From positions 128,001 to 192,000 of the forward strand of contig CAVZDU010000006.1 in assembly GCA_963774265.1 (NCBI GenBank): a stretch of 64,000 nucleotides of DNA. Direction: 5' to 3'. The stretch comes from an uncultured Chloroflexia bacterium (GTDB lineage Bacteria; Chloroflexota; Anaerolineae; CG2-30-64-16). Position numbers and translations under genes: made by a program. The notes below the pieces were generated by a model. That model was given only the letters and a program-made list of their open reading frames with translations, was not told the origin of the DNA and made no database searches. Positions 44,782 to 55,952 of this stretch are shown here, piece by piece; position 1 is the first letter of the stretch; every line of letters starts with the position of its first letter.

Positions 44782-47179
44782 CCCACGCTGGCACAAAGTT
44801 GTGCGCGATATCTGGGGTAATAAACTGCGCACTGCCCTGGTGGTGCTCTCCATCGCTGTCGGCGTCTTCGCGGTCGGCATGATCGCCGGCGCACGAGAGA
44901 CCGCCGTGACCGCTCTGGACGCGAGCTGGAACTCGACAAACCCGGCCAACGTGATGATCTACACCGATCTCTTTGATGAGGAGTTGCTCTATACCGTGGG
45001 TCACATGCCGGGCGTGCGGGAGGTCGACGCTCGCCGGCAGATCGTCGTCCGCTTCCAGGGTACGGCGCAGCTCACCGCACCGGACGACACGAAGTGGCGC
45101 AATCTGGTCCTCTACCTCTACCCCGACTACGAGTCGATCCGCGTCGGCAAGATCTGGCCGCAGAGCGGGGCCTGGCCGCCTCCCAGCCGGGAGGTCCTGA
45201 TTGAGCGGGCTTCCCTGGGCTGGATGGCCGCGAATGTCGGCGACACGGTGTTGGTTGAGGCGGGGAACGGACGCCGGCGCGAGCTGCGCATCGCGGGCAC
45301 GCTCCACGATCCGGGGCAGATGCAGGCCTCCTGGAACGCCATGGCCGTCGGCTATGTCAGCCGTGAAACGCTCGACTGGTTCGGCATCTCGCGGGACTTC
45401 GATGAGCTCAATGTGATCGCGGCCGAGGCAAACCCAAGCCGGAGCCAGTTGACGAAATTGGCGCAGGAGATCCGCTCCAAAGTTGAGAAAAGCGGCCGGA
45501 CCGTGTACTACACATACATCCCCACGCCGGGCAAGCATCCGGCCGGGGAGACCGTCGAGCCGGTGCTGATGATATTGGGTGTCCTGGGGATTCTGACGTT
45601 GATCCTGAGCGGGCTACTGGTCGTGAATACCATGCAGGCGCTGCTGATGCAGCAGGTTCGGCAGATGGGCATCATGAAAGCGATCGGCGCGCGCAACAAC
45701 CAGATCATGGGCATCTATTTCGGGATGGTTCTGGCTCTCGGCGTGCTCGCACTGGTCCTGGCGGTGCCCCTGGGCGCGCTGGGCGGCCAGGGCTTGACGC
45801 AGTTCATGGCCAACCTGCTCAACTTCGACATCGGCGGCCTCCACATTCCGCCGAAGGTGCTGGGCATGGAGGTTGCGATCGGTCTGGCCGTGCCGCTGCT
45901 TGCCGCGCTCTATCCGATCATCACCGCCACGCGCATCACCGCGCGCGAGGCCATGAGCGATTACGGGCTCGCCTCAGCCCCCTCCCCGGGACGCAAAGAT
46001 GGTTCGGGAGCGAGATCCCGCCTGCCTTTCTCGCGCCCGACCCTGCTGTCGCTGCGCAATACATTCCGCCGCCGAGGACGGCTGGCGCTGACGCTTGCCA
46101 CCCTGGTCTTGGGCGGCGCCATCTTCATCGGCGTGTTCAGCGTGCGCTCCTCGCTGCTGCTCACCCTTGACAACATGTTCCAATACATCGACTACGATGC
46201 GGTCATCAGTTTTCAAAAAGAGCACCGGATCGACCAGATCGAACGTGAGGCGCTGAGCGTGCCGGGCGTCGTTGCGGCCGAAGGGTGGCGCTTCGATATG
46301 GGCCGCCGCATGCGACCCGACGACACCGAGAGCGATCCGGTGCAGGTGCGGGGGATCCCTGCCAACAGCGCCTTAGTTCGGCCGCGGGTGGTGGAAGGGC
46401 GTTGGCTCCTCCCCGAAGACGAGAACGCGGTCGTCGTCAACACCATGTTTCTGAAAGATGAGCCCGACATCACGGTCGGGAGTGATCTCAAGCTGACGAT
46501 CAACGGCCGCGAGACCGATTGGCGAGTGGTTGGTATCGTTGCGGGAACACCGCCGATGTCCCTGTTGCACGTCAATTATCCCTACCTGGCCCGGCTTATG
46601 GGCGCGGTTGACCGCGCGGGCGTGGCCATCGCCGTGACCCGGCCGCGCGATCCTGCCTCGCAGGCCGCAGCCGCAAAGGCGCTGGAAGAGCACTTCGAGT
46701 CGGTGGGCATGGCGGTCGGCAATCGGCAGACCAGCACCGAAGAGCGCACACAGATCGCGGCCCGGTTCAACGTCCTCATCATATTCCTGCTCATCATGGC
46801 TGTGATTCTGGCCGTGGTCGGCGCGATCGGCCTGGCAGGAACCATGAGCCTGAACGTGCTGGAGCGGACGCGCGAGATCGGCGTCATGCGGGCCATCGGC
46901 GCCTCGGACGGGGGCATCTTCCAAATTGTGGTGATTGAAGGGCTGCTGATCGGCCTGATCAGCTGGTTCTTCGGCGCCATCCTGGCGTTCCCGCTCGGCA
47001 AGGTCTTGAGCGACGCCATCGGCTCGATCACCATGAAAATCGGCCTGGACTACCTGTACTCCCTGAGCGGCCTGGCCATGTGGCTGGCCATCGCCTGTGT
47101 CCTGGCCGTGGTCGCGAGCTTGTTGCCCGCGCGCAACGCGTCGAAAGTTAGCGTGCGAGATGTACTGGCGTATGAGTGA
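44774..47179 (+). CDS. FtsX/MacB-family ABC permease (duplicated MacB_PCD/FtsX)
   Basis: [44 protein letters not shown]. Confidence 0.9.
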   Translation: MLSPRWHKVVRDIWGNKLRTALVVLSIAVGVFAVGMIAGARETAVTALDASWNSTNPANVMIYTDLFDEELLYTVGHMPGVREVDARRQIVVRFQGTAQLTAPDDTKWRNLVLYLYPDYESIRVGKIWPQSGAWPPPSREVLIERASLGWMAANVGDTVLVEAGNGRRRELRIAGTLHDPGQMQASWNAMAVGYVSRETLDWFGISRDFDELNVIAAEANPSRSQLTKLAQEIRSKVEKSGRTVYYTYIPTPGKHPAGETVEPVLMILGVLGILTLILSGLLVVNTMQALLMQQVRQMGIMKAIGARNNQIMGIYFGMVLALGVLALVLAVPLGALGGQGLTQFMANLLNFDIGGLHIPPKVLGMEVAIGLAVPLLAALYPIITATRITAREAMSDYGLASAPSPGRKDGSGARSRLPFSRPTLLSLRNTFRRRGRLALTLATLVLGGAIFIGVFSVRSSLLLTLDNMFQYIDYDAVISFQKEHRIDQIEREALSVPGVVAAEGWRFDMGRRMRPDDTESDPVQVRGIPANSALVRPRVVEGRWLLPEDENAVVVNTMFLKDEPDITVGSDLKLTINGRETDWRVVGIVAGTPPMSLLHVNYPYLARLMGAVDRAGVAIAVTRPRDPASQAAAAKALEEHFESVGMAVGNRQTSTEERTQIAARFNVLIIFLLIMAVILAVVGAIGLAGTMSLNVLERTREIGVMRAIGASDGGIFQIVVIEGLLIGLISWFFGAILAFPLGKVLSDAIGSITMKIGLDYLYSLSGLAMWLAIACVLAVVASLLPARNASKVSVRDVLAYE

Positions 47180-47206
47180 TATTCGGATGCCAACAGGACG
47201 CGGACG

Positions 47207-48121
47207 CTAGCGCCGGCGGCTTTTGATGAATGTGCCAGCCTGCAGTTCCTCAAAGGCCGTCCGCAGCTCCTGCTGCGTGTTCATCACGATGGGACCGTAC
47301 CAGGCCACCGGCTCCCGGATAGGCTTCCCAGAGATCAGCAAGAAGCGCACCGGATCCTGGTCGGCCTTGACGAGCACGTCATCTCCATCGCCAAAGAGCA
47401 CCAGATGCCCATTGCCGATGAGCGGCTCACGCTCCATGTCGAAATAGTTTTCCCCCTCGGCGTCATAGCTGTAGGGGTCGCGCTGCCGACAGAAATCGCC
47501 TTTGCCCTCGATGACGTAAGCGAAGACGGTGTGACCGCGCGACGTTGGATGCGTGAAGGTCGCGCCCGGCGGGAGGGTGACGTCGAGATACTCCGGATCG
47601 GTCACAATGTCCTGGACCGGTCCCCGGACACCGTTGACCTCGCCACAGATGATCTTGATCTTGTTCCCCCCGGCATCGGTCACTTCAGGGATCTGGCTGG
47701 CCGTGATGCCCTGGTAGCGCGGGTCCATCATCTTGTGGGAGGCCGGGAGGTTCGCCCATAGCTGAAACCCGTACATCCGGCCTTGACTGTCACCCGCGGG
47801 CATCTCCTGGTGCATGATGCCGTTGCCCGCGGTCATCCACTGCACGTCGCCCGACGAGATGACGCCTGCGTTACCCGTGCTGTCGCCGTGCTCGACATCA
47901 CCGGCCAGCACATAGGTGATGGTCTCGATGCCGCGATGTGGGTGCCAGGGGAAGCCCTTACGATAGTGCTCCGGGGTGTCGGATCGGAAATCATCCAGCA
48001 GCAGAAAGGGATCGGTCAACTCGGGATCACCGAAACCGATCACGCGGTGCAGGTGGACGCCGGCGCCTTCGATCGTGGGCCGAGCCTTAATGACCTTACG
48101 GATGTGTCTGTTCTCGCTCAT
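47207..48121 (-). CDS. Pirin family protein
   Basis: DPFLLLD, GFPWHPHRGIETITY, QWMTAGNGIMHQE, YGPIVMNT. Confidence 0.95.
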   Translation of the reverse strand: MSENRHIRKVIKARPTIEGAGVHLHRVIGFGDPELTDPFLLLDDFRSDTPEHYRKGFPWHPHRGIETITYVLAGDVEHGDSTGNAGVISSGDVQWMTAGNGIMHQEMPAGDSQGRMYGFQLWANLPASHKMMDPRYQGITASQIPEVTDAGGNKIKIICGEVNGVRGPVQDIVTDPEYLDVTLPPGATFTHPTSRGHTVFAYVIEGKGDFCRQRDPYSYDAEGENYFDMEREPLIGNGHLVLFGDGDDVLVKADQDPVRFLLISGKPIREPVAWYGPIVMNTQQELRTAFEELQAGTFIKSRRR

Positions 48122-48145
48122 GTTTCGCGTATCCTCTTCACTCCG

Positions 48146-48304
48146 CTAAGCCGCGGCATCCCATGCTTCCTTGAGCCAACCGCGCACCTCATCGTCGATG
48201 TCCGCGGCCGAGCGGAGCTCGAAATGATTCGTGAAGCGGCCCCGCGCCGGCTCCACAATCTGCTTCCACCGCGGCGAGTCGTCCCGGCGCCGCAGGCCGT
48301 CGAG
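48146..48304 (-). pseudogene. 5'-truncated C-terminal fragment of a DUF5655-like gene
   Basis: LDGLRRRDDSPRWKQIVEPARGRFTNHFELRSAADIDDEVRGWLKEAWDAAA*; no own start; in frame directly after the TAG of the upstream lipoprotein gene. Confidence 0.6.
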
Positions 48305-49153
48305 CTACTGAACTGGCGCCTCGATCTTGATGCTCGAATCGTACTCGTAGATGACTGTGCTCTTCACCTTTGTGCCGGGCTTGGTGACGGAGTCGCCTTC
48401 GCTCTCACCCCTGTAAGGGAGCTTATCCAACACACCGATCCAGATCTTCGCGTTGGAGGCGATTGTCTGCTCACCCAGGTTCATCTTGGAAGCGTATTGA
48501 TACACCCACATCGCCTTACCGCCGATCAGATCGGGGCCCAGGAACTTCAATTGGTCGACCGTCGTGTCCCGCATCAGCTCCTCAACCTTCGCTGGATCGA
48601 GGATGCCAGCCACCATCGAGGACATGTCCATGGGCAGCTTCTGCCACTGGCCGCCCGCGCTCCTCTGGTAGGTCCCGTCCTTCAGGATGATAATCTCCTG
48701 ACCGGCCCCCATCACCAGGTGCAAGCTGTCAGGTGCGACGAACTCGATGATCGTGGTAGTCACAGCGCCGCCATCATCGATGGTCGCGGTGGTGCGCCAT
48801 GCCTTCTGAGCCAACTGCGCCCGCAGCACGTTTAGCAGCAGATCCATGGCATCTGAGCCAGCAGGCGCGGCCTCGGCCGGCGCGGGGGTAGTAGTAGGCT
48901 GCGGCGCCTCGGTCGGAACCGCGGTCGGCTGGGGCGCTGCGGTCGGGACGACGGTAGGAGCCTTAGTCGGAGCCGAGGTGGGCGCGACCGATTCGGCCGG
49001 CACGGTTGTCGGCGCGGCTGCAGCCTGGGCAGGCGCGGCGGTTGCAGCCGGCGAAGAAGTTGCAGCAGGCTGGCCGCCGCAGGCGGCCAGGACTAAGACA
49101 AGCCAGATCGGAAGGACGAACCTCGTCGCAGTCGAGCGATGCGTGAATTCCAT
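48305..49153 (-). CDS. Lipoprotein with Pro/Thr/Ala linker and LolA/LppX-like C-terminal domain
   Basis: Lipobox LAAC; APT-rich linker; IWIGVLDKLPY...YEYDSSIKIEAP. Confidence 0.7.
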   Translation of the reverse strand: MEFTHRSTATRFVLPIWLVLVLAACGGQPAATSSPAATAAPAQAAAAPTTVPAESVAPTSAPTKAPTVVPTAAPQPTAVPTEAPQPTTTPAPAEAAPAGSDAMDLLLNVLRAQLAQKAWRTTATIDDGGAVTTTIIEFVAPDSLHLVMGAGQEIIILKDGTYQRSAGGQWQKLPMDMSSMVAGILDPAKVEELMRDTTVDQLKFLGPDLIGGKAMWVYQYASKMNLGEQTIASNAKIWIGVLDKLPYRGESEGDSVTKPGTKVKSTVIYEYDSSIKIEAPVQ

Positions 49154-49175
49154 TGCTCTCTCCTGAAAGACACCA

Positions 49176-49218
49176 AAACAGGGCGAACCGGCCTTCATAG
49201 CCGCAGTCCGCCCCGTTT
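49176..49218 (-). terminator. Hairpin downstream of the SPFH operon
   Basis: aaacagggcgaaccggc...gccgcagtccgccccgttt imperfect inverted repeat. Confidence 0.45.
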
Positions 49219-49246
49219 CAGCTGGCAGTCGATTGATTTATCTTGA

Positions 49247-50353
49247 CTACTCAGACAGGAACGCGTCCAGCGCCTTCTTGCTGATGCGGAACTCCGCGCC
49301 GATTTTCTTCGCCTTGACCTGGCCGGAGCTGATGAGCTCCTGCACATCGGCCGCTGCGACCTTGAGATACGCGGCCGCCTCGGCGAGGGTCATCACCTCA
49401 GGTGCGGCGCCTCCGCCGCTGGGACCACCGCCTGCGGGGGCTTGTCCACCGGCCTGCGCCTGGCCGCCGCTCCCCTGGAACGCGCCGGACATCGCCTGGC
49501 CGATCATGCCGGCCATGCCTGCGCCGAGGCCGAAGCCTGCACCCAACCCGACGCCGGTGCCCGCCGCACTGCCAGCCTCACCGCCTCCGCCACCACCCTG
49601 GGCCGTCGCATCGCGCATCGATTTGGCCGCCTGGTACTGGAGGTACTTCTGCATGTCGCCGATCGCACCCATGGCCGCGCGCTCGTCGATGGCCTTCTGG
49701 GTCTCTTCGGTCGGGCTGACGCTACCCAGGAACATCTGCTTGAGCTGGATGCCAAGTTGTGCGAAGTCGTCGGCCACCTTCGCCCTAATGCCTGCGCTCA
49801 GCTCGTCGAACATGGCGGGAATATCGAACAGGCTCACACCCAACTCGCCCAGCATGTCGGTCAGCCGGCTGATGATGATGCCGCGCAGGTAGTCCTCGAT
49901 CTGATTCGTCGTAAAGAGCCCTTGCGTGCCGACAATCTTCGCCACGAACATCTGCGGCTCGGCCACGGCCATGGAGTACCGGCCGTTGGCGCGCAGCCGG
50001 GCCATGCCGAGCTCCTTGTCCCGCAGGGTGATCGGTTCCGGCGTGCCCCACTTCATATCGATGAAGTCGCGCATGTTGACGAAGTAAACCTCGGCCTTGA
50101 AGGGCGTCTGCCCGCCGAAGGCCATCCCGAGGAGATTGACGAGCAAGGGGATGTTGGCGGTCGTGATAGTGTGCCGGCCAGGACCGAACACATCCAACGC
50201 TTTGCCATCGCGGAAGAAAACCGCTGCCTGGCTCTCGCGCACTACGACCTGCGAGCCGATGCGGAAGTCGCCGCTGCCGGTGGATGGCACGCGGTAGACC
50301 ATCTGATTAAGGCCCTGATCGGGCGCCTCGACGATGTCGAAAATTCGGACCAT
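49247..50353 (-). CDS. SPFH (Band 7, YdjI-like) domain protein with C-terminal excisionase-type HTH
   Basis: GSQVVVRESQAAVFFRDGKALDVFGPGRHTITTANIP, PFKAEVYFVN, MKWGT; C-terminal VMTLAEAAAYLKV...KAKKIGAEFRISKKAL. Confidence 0.85.
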   Translation of the reverse strand: MVRIFDIVEAPDQGLNQMVYRVPSTGSGDFRIGSQVVVRESQAAVFFRDGKALDVFGPGRHTITTANIPLLVNLLGMAFGGQTPFKAEVYFVNMRDFIDMKWGTPEPITLRDKELGMARLRANGRYSMAVAEPQMFVAKIVGTQGLFTTNQIEDYLRGIIISRLTDMLGELGVSLFDIPAMFDELSAGIRAKVADDFAQLGIQLKQMFLGSVSPTEETQKAIDERAAMGAIGDMQKYLQYQAAKSMRDATAQGGGGGGEAGSAAGTGVGLGAGFGLGAGMAGMIGQAMSGAFQGSGGQAQAGGQAPAGGGPSGGGAAPEVMTLAEAAAYLKVAAADVQELISSGQVKAKKIGAEFRISKKALDAFLSE

Positions 50354-50376
50354 ACGATTGCCTCCTAGCAGGTATG

Positions 50377-50404
50377 GTAGGGGCGTAGCATGCTACGCCC
50401 CTAC
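50377..50404. repeat. GTAG-type REP, perfect 28-bp palindrome
   Basis: gtaggggcgtagca-tgctacgcccctac. Confidence 0.85.
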
Positions 50405-50412
50405 AGATCAGG

Positions 50413-50931
50413 TTAGGATACGTTCTGGATCACTTCGGCGCGGCGATTGAAGGTCTCGTTGAGCCCGGCAACCAGGTCGCCGATGCTGCGCAACGCTTCC
50501 TTGACGCCTTCATTCGCCTGCACGGCCTGCTCAAGCTTGCCGATGGCTTCGTCCAACGGGGCCAATTGCTCATAAAGCTCCTGATCGAAGGCCACCAGCC
50601 GATCCAGGTCATCTTCTTTCACCTTGTTGATGCCCCACATCGGTGCATAGCCGTACGACGCAGTCTTGATACGGTCGATGAACAATTGCAGACGGCCGAC
50701 GACGCGCTCGACGTCGTCCAGCCACATCAGGCCGCCCGAACTGAGCAGGTCGCCCTGCAAAGCGGTCAGCTTACGCCTTCGACTCTCCAGGCGCCGAGCC
50801 AGGTTGTCGCGCACCTGCTTGTCCGCGTCGCGGCGGATCTCCTTTTCGCGATACCCCTTGATGCCCGGCAGCTTCGCGAAGAAGCTCTCGACGCCGCCCA
50901 TCTGGTCCTTAGCGCTTTGTACCGGATCCAT
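50413..50931 (-). CDS. Hypothetical alpha-helical protein
   Basis: Intact 172-aa ORF with SD inside the operon; KLPGIKGYREKEIRRDADKQVR...ASYGYAP. Confidence 0.75.
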   Translation of the reverse strand: MDPVQSAKDQMGGVESFFAKLPGIKGYREKEIRRDADKQVRDNLARRLESRRRKLTALQGDLLSSGGLMWLDDVERVVGRLQLFIDRIKTASYGYAPMWGINKVKEDDLDRLVAFDQELYEQLAPLDEAIGKLEQAVQANEGVKEALRSIGDLVAGLNETFNRRAEVIQNVS

Positions 50932-50946
50932 GCATGTCCCTCCCTA

Positions 50947-51474
50947 TCAATTCGTCAAAAACACGGTTGAGCCGCAGAACGGACACTCGATCATGTCCTT
51001 GCCGGCCAGGGTGAGCTGGCCGCCGCAGTTCGGGCACTTCTGATCGGCCTTCATCTCGGAAGCTTGCTTAGAGTATAGCACACCGTCATTCCAGTTGATT
51101 GCGCCGCTGAACAGGTTCTTGCCCACCAGATCGCGCACCATGTCTTCGACCTTGTCGACCGGTGTGTTCAGCTCCACGGCCACGTCGGAAAGAGTCACCT
51201 TGCCCTGGGCGAGCACCATGTTCAGGATCTTCTTCTCTTTCGCCATCTCGGCGTACTCGGCTGCTTCCTGTTTGCCGCTCTTGAGCAGGTAGAACCCGCC
51301 CCCGCCCAGCGGCAGGACGAATACGATCAGCGCGATCAGGATGCCCAATACCGCGCCACTGGCGGTCGTTTCTGCGCTGGACACCTGGGTGAGCAGCAGC
51401 GCGGCCACCACAAGCAGTGCAACCAGCGCCACGACGATCAGGATGATCCCCATGGTCCGACCTTGACCCGGCAT
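50947..51474 (-). CDS. Membrane protein with PCI-like winged helix and C-terminal zinc ribbon
   Basis: Two TM helices; VTLSDVAVELNTPVDKVEDMVRDLVGKNLFSGAINW; CPNCGG...CPFCGS. Confidence 0.7.
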   Translation of the reverse strand: MPGQGRTMGIILIVVALVALLVVAALLLTQVSSAETTASGAVLGILIALIVFVLPLGGGGFYLLKSGKQEAAEYAEMAKEKKILNMVLAQGKVTLSDVAVELNTPVDKVEDMVRDLVGKNLFSGAINWNDGVLYSKQASEMKADQKCPNCGGQLTLAGKDMIECPFCGSTVFLTN

Positions 51475-51490
51475 ATAACCCCTCCTTAAA

Positions 51491-53456
51491 TTATCCGAAG
51501 CTGCTTCCGCCGCCACCACCACCGCCGCCCGAGAAGCCACCGCCGCCCGAGAAACCGCCCCCGCCAAACCCGCGGGAGCCGCCGCCACCAGACCACCCCC
51601 TGCTGCCACTAGAGGCCGGCACGCTGGTCAGCGTGGTGGCCGCCTGCGAGAGCATCGCGCCCAGCCCGGCGCTCATGCCGGCCAACGACTGGCCCATGCC
51701 GCGCGAAGCGTCGCTCAACGTGGGCCGGGAACCGCCGCCCTCGCTCGGTAAGCCGCCGCCGGGCATCCCCGTGGGGAATACGCCACCTCCAGAGCCGCCG
51801 CTCATGGTGGGCCCAGAACCGTAGTACGGGCGTGGGTAGCCCCACGGGATCCACCAGGTCGGGGGAGGCGCCTCCACCTTGCGGAACTTCTCGATCCAGC
51901 TATCCTCCAGCCCGAACGCCACGGCGTAGGGCAGGTAATCGCCGAAGATCTGGCCGGCCTCCTCCACGTTCGTGTATTTCTCCAGGTTCTGGAGATAACG
52001 CTTGAACGCATTCCAGCGCGCATACGCTTCCGCGCCCACCTCGGTGCGCTTCGGCATGTAGCGCGCCAGGACGATGATGCCGATGCCGATGACGCCCAGG
52101 GCCAGGGGCACGCACAGCGCGTACGAGGAGAACTGGCTCAGTGCGCCAAAGAGCAAGATGCCGCCGCCAAGCCCGCCCACCAGGACCGCCGTGCCGAGGC
52201 AGCCGATCTGCGAACGCACGTTGTCCGGGCTCCGCTTGAAGAAGCCCTCGCTGACCACCTCAGCATAGAGCGAGTTGCGTAGCATCGGCAGAGCGCTGTA
52301 GAACTTGTTCTTCAAGTCCGACAGCTGCACCTCTTGTTTGCGCCCAAAGAACTCCTTGATGAAGAGCTCCTCAAACGGGCGCAACTGGACCTTGTGCTGC
52401 TTGAGCCGGTAGGTGAAGTCGGATTTGGTGCCGATGCCCAGAAATCCCGGCTCCTGCGACTCCTCGATTTCCAACACGCCGCGCTTTGCCAGGTCGAGCA
52501 ACGTGGCGATCACGTCCTGCAGGTCCGCGCTCGTCGATCAGCGTGCCGACCATGCCCGCGGGCAGGTCCGACGGCGGCTCGGGCAGATAGTCGGCGATGA
52601 GGCCAACCGGCGCGTCGCGGCCGCGGCGGTACCACCACAGGTACAGCAGGAGCGGGCCGCCGATGGCCAGCAAGCCGCCGAGTGATAGGAAACCTATGTC
52701 AAAGACAGAACCCCATCGCTGCTTGAAAGCGTCTTGTTGCGCCTGCTGCGCGGCTGCCCGATCGAGTTCCTGCTGCCACGGCTGGGCTGCGCCAGCAACA
52801 ATGCCGTGCTGCCACTCTGCAACGACCTCAACCTCCAGCCCGGCGGCAATGCGCCTGTTTATCTTGATGGTTGCGTCGCTTTGGCCGGGCTGAAAAGTCG
52901 CGTCGCCCTCCGCGCCGTAAAGCCCGTAGTTGGTGAACGTCGCGCCTTCGGGCACGTGCAGGGTGATCGTCGAAGTCTGCGTGGGGAACGGGTTGCCGGA
53001 CGGAATGGCCTTCCAGAAAAGCTGATCGACCCCGTTCTCAGGGTAGTAACGCAACCCGCCGACGATCGTGTAACCGATCACGATAGTGCGCCGAGAGTCC
53101 GTGGAGGCGGGGAAGTTGTAGCGGACCTTGACGTACGAGCCCTCCTGATAATAGCGGTAGGTGTAGGGCGCGTCCGAGTCCGAATACTCGTACGTGGGCC
53201 CGTTCTCCTCAGCCACCGTGATGTCGGTGACGTCGCTGAAGCGGTTAATCAGGATTTCGCGCTGGCCGTATCGGAACGTGCCGCTGGTAAACACCAACTC
53301 CTGGGTTTCCACGACGCGAAAATCACCGCTCTGCAGAACGGTGAGATCGACATCGTAGCGCTGCCAGTAGAGAGTTTTTTCCTGCGCCAGTGCGGCAGGC
53401 GCCCCTGCCAGCAAAAGCACGATAAACAACAAGAAGACGTAGGTGCGCCGTTTCAT
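51491..53456 (-). CDS. DUF2207 domain membrane protein with Gly-rich tail, frameshift near 52530
   Basis: Signal peptide; YDVDLTV...VVET; RRGRD...PPSDLPAGMVGTLID; ATLLDLAKRG; YLPYAVAFGL; GGGFSGGGGGGGGSSFG. Confidence 0.85.
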
Positions 53457-53804
53457 CGATTCACCTCCCATGGCTGACATTGTATCACAGAGGCGCGCGC
53501 ATGCGCGGTGGTTAAGCCGACATATCGCTGACATCATGCAATACGTGGGAGGTGGGGATGGGGTTGCGTGGGCGGAAGGCGCGCTTGAGCGCAGAGACAA
53601 GGGCGTGGCGCCCCTACCTTTGGTTGACCGCGCGGCGGGTTTTAATTTTTCTCGACAGGAGCACCGTAGCCATCACTACATCATGAGATGCCAGAGCACA
53701 CCACAATAGCTGCACTAATGTAATACAAGCGTACCCAAGAACCGATCCGGGTGGATCGATGGACGATCGGGCCGATGGACAATCAAACTACAAGGAGAAA
53801 AATC

Positions 53805-54537
53805 ATGACTGCACCCAAGCGCCTTGCGAGAATCGCCGGGCTTCTCTATCTCACTGTCGCCATCTTTGGCGGGTTCGCCTTCGGGTTTGTGCTTGCCAAG
53901 GTGTACGCCCCGGGCGACGGCGCAACCACGGCAGCCAACGTCCTTGCTAACGCGGGCCTGGTCCGTCTGGGCGTGGTGGCCGACCTCATCCAGGCAACGG
54001 TCATGGCCTTCCTGGCGATGACCCTCTACCGGCTGCTCAAGCATGTGAACCAGAACGCGGCCAGCGCAATGGTGATCCTTGCAGCCATCGCCACCACGAT
54101 CATGTGCCTCAACAACGTCTTCCAGGTTGCCGCGTTGCTGGTTGCAACCAACGGCTCCTACGCGACCGCCTTCGGCGCCCAGGGTGCGAATGCCCTCGTA
54201 CTGCTCCTGCTCGACATGCAGCACTACGGCTTTCTGATTGCGCAAATCTTCTTCGGCCTGTGGCTGGCGCCGATGGGGTATCTCGCCTACAAGTCAGGGA
54301 TGTTCCCCAAGGCGCTGGGCGTCGTGCTGGTTGTGGCGGCCGTCTGCTACCTGGTCGACGTGCTAGCCCGGTTCCTGGTCCCCGACTTCGGCGCGCAGAA
54401 TCCACACTTTCGTGGCCGTCATCCCGCCCCTGATCGCGGAGGTCTGGATGGTCCTGTACCTGCTCGTCAAAGGGGTGAGGGTTCCCACTCAGGGCGCGGC
54501 CCCCGTAACTGCGGCCGCCGCAGAAGCAGGAATATAG
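53805..54537 (+). CDS. DUF4386 membrane protein, frameshift near 54400
   Basis: ARIAGLLYL, LYRLLKHVN, FFGLWL, SGMFPKALG. Confidence 0.8.
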
Positions 54538-54655
54538 ATCCCGTCAAGTGGGATTCGATGCATCGGCGCCGAAGACAAAGCTAGGATCTCGGAGAATGTG
54601 CGGTCGCCTGGTCTGGGCCGCCTCAGACAATCGCAACTAACAAAAGGAGCGAAAA

Positions 54656-55331
54656 ATGAATTCCGAACAATGGAACCGCCGGATACGCGGCTCGCCTGGA
54701 GGTTGACTATCCGGAGAAACTGGATCGGATGACGACTTTCTTCCGAATACTCTGGATCATTCCCATCGCCATCGTCCTGGGACTCGTCTCAGGGGCTGGA
54801 GAGACGATCACCAACACGGTTTTCCTCAATGAGGCCGGTGAGGTTATCCGGAGGACTCAACAGACGGTTGGTGGACTGGCGAGCGGACTCATTTCAGCCA
54901 CGGCCTTAATGATCCTCTTTCGACGGCTTTATCCACGCTGGTGGTTCGACTTTTCCCGCGAGCTCGCCCGCTTCGAGACCAGAGTCGGCGCCTACGCGGC
55001 CCTGCTCACGGACCGGTACCCGTCCACCGTCGAAGAGCAGTCTGTCCACCTGGAGATCGATTATCCGAACGCAGAAACTGACCTCAATCGGTGGCTTCCC
55101 CTGGTCAAGTGGCTGCTCGCGATCCCGCATTATTTCGTCCTGTTCTTTCTCAGCATTGCCGGCTTCTTTGCAGTGATCCTGGCCTGGTTCGCAATTCTGG
55201 CGACCGGTCGATACCCGAGGGGCCTCTTTGATTTCAACGTCGGGGTGAGTCGATGGTGGCTGCGGGTAGGGGCCTACGCATTCTTGCTGGTGACCGACCG
55301 CTATCCGCCATTTAGCCTGAGATCTGAATAA
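54656..55331 (+). CDS. DUF4389 membrane protein (apparent frameshift near start)
   Basis: Two repeats ending LLTDRYP / LVTDRYPPF; LNRWLPLVKWLLAIPH. Confidence 0.85.
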
Positions 55332-55346
55332 AAGGAAGATACTAAA

Positions 55347-55946
55347 GTGAAAGCAGAGGTAAGAAGAATGACCATTTCCTGGAGGACTATCCGCATCCTC
55401 ATCGCCACCATAGTCGTCGCCGCGCTGGCGCTCGGGCTGCCCGCCGCGGCCCCTGTCCGTGCCGCAGGCCTGACAAACTGCGTCGACATGGCTGGCCGTT
55501 CAGGAGCTTGCTATGAGTTGGTCTGGGTCAACGGGGTCCAGCTCAGGATGACGTTCCCGCAGCAGGCCCAGGAATTCCCGGGCGTGGGGCCCACCGACAA
55601 AGTGGACAACTTCTACGTGGTGGCGCCACAGACCGACACGGTCCAGGGCACGTTGCCCTTCCTGCACGACCATACCGTTAGAGACGTGCCAAGCCAGAAC
55701 TAGGGCGCCTACAGCGTCTTCATGCGCGGCTTCTTCGTCCTGTGCAGTGAGCAGGGCATCGTCAGCGGCGCCTGTGTGCCCTACTGGGCCGTCATCGAGG
55801 GGGTAGGAACGTTACCTTTGGCCACGACCGTAAACGGGCAGAGACTGACGTCGGTCGGTCCCATCGAGGCACCCGCGAACGCCGGGCTCATCACGCTGTT
55901 CGACACCGGGGCAACATTCCTCGGCATCATCAACCCCGGCAAGTAG
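55347..55946 (+). CDS. Secreted hypothetical protein interrupted by an in-frame TAG at 55701-55703
   Basis: ORFs 55347..55703 and 55722..55946 share a frame (...DVPSQN*GAYSVFMRGFF...); N-terminal signal peptide. Confidence 0.6.
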
Positions 55947-55952
55947 ACCAAC

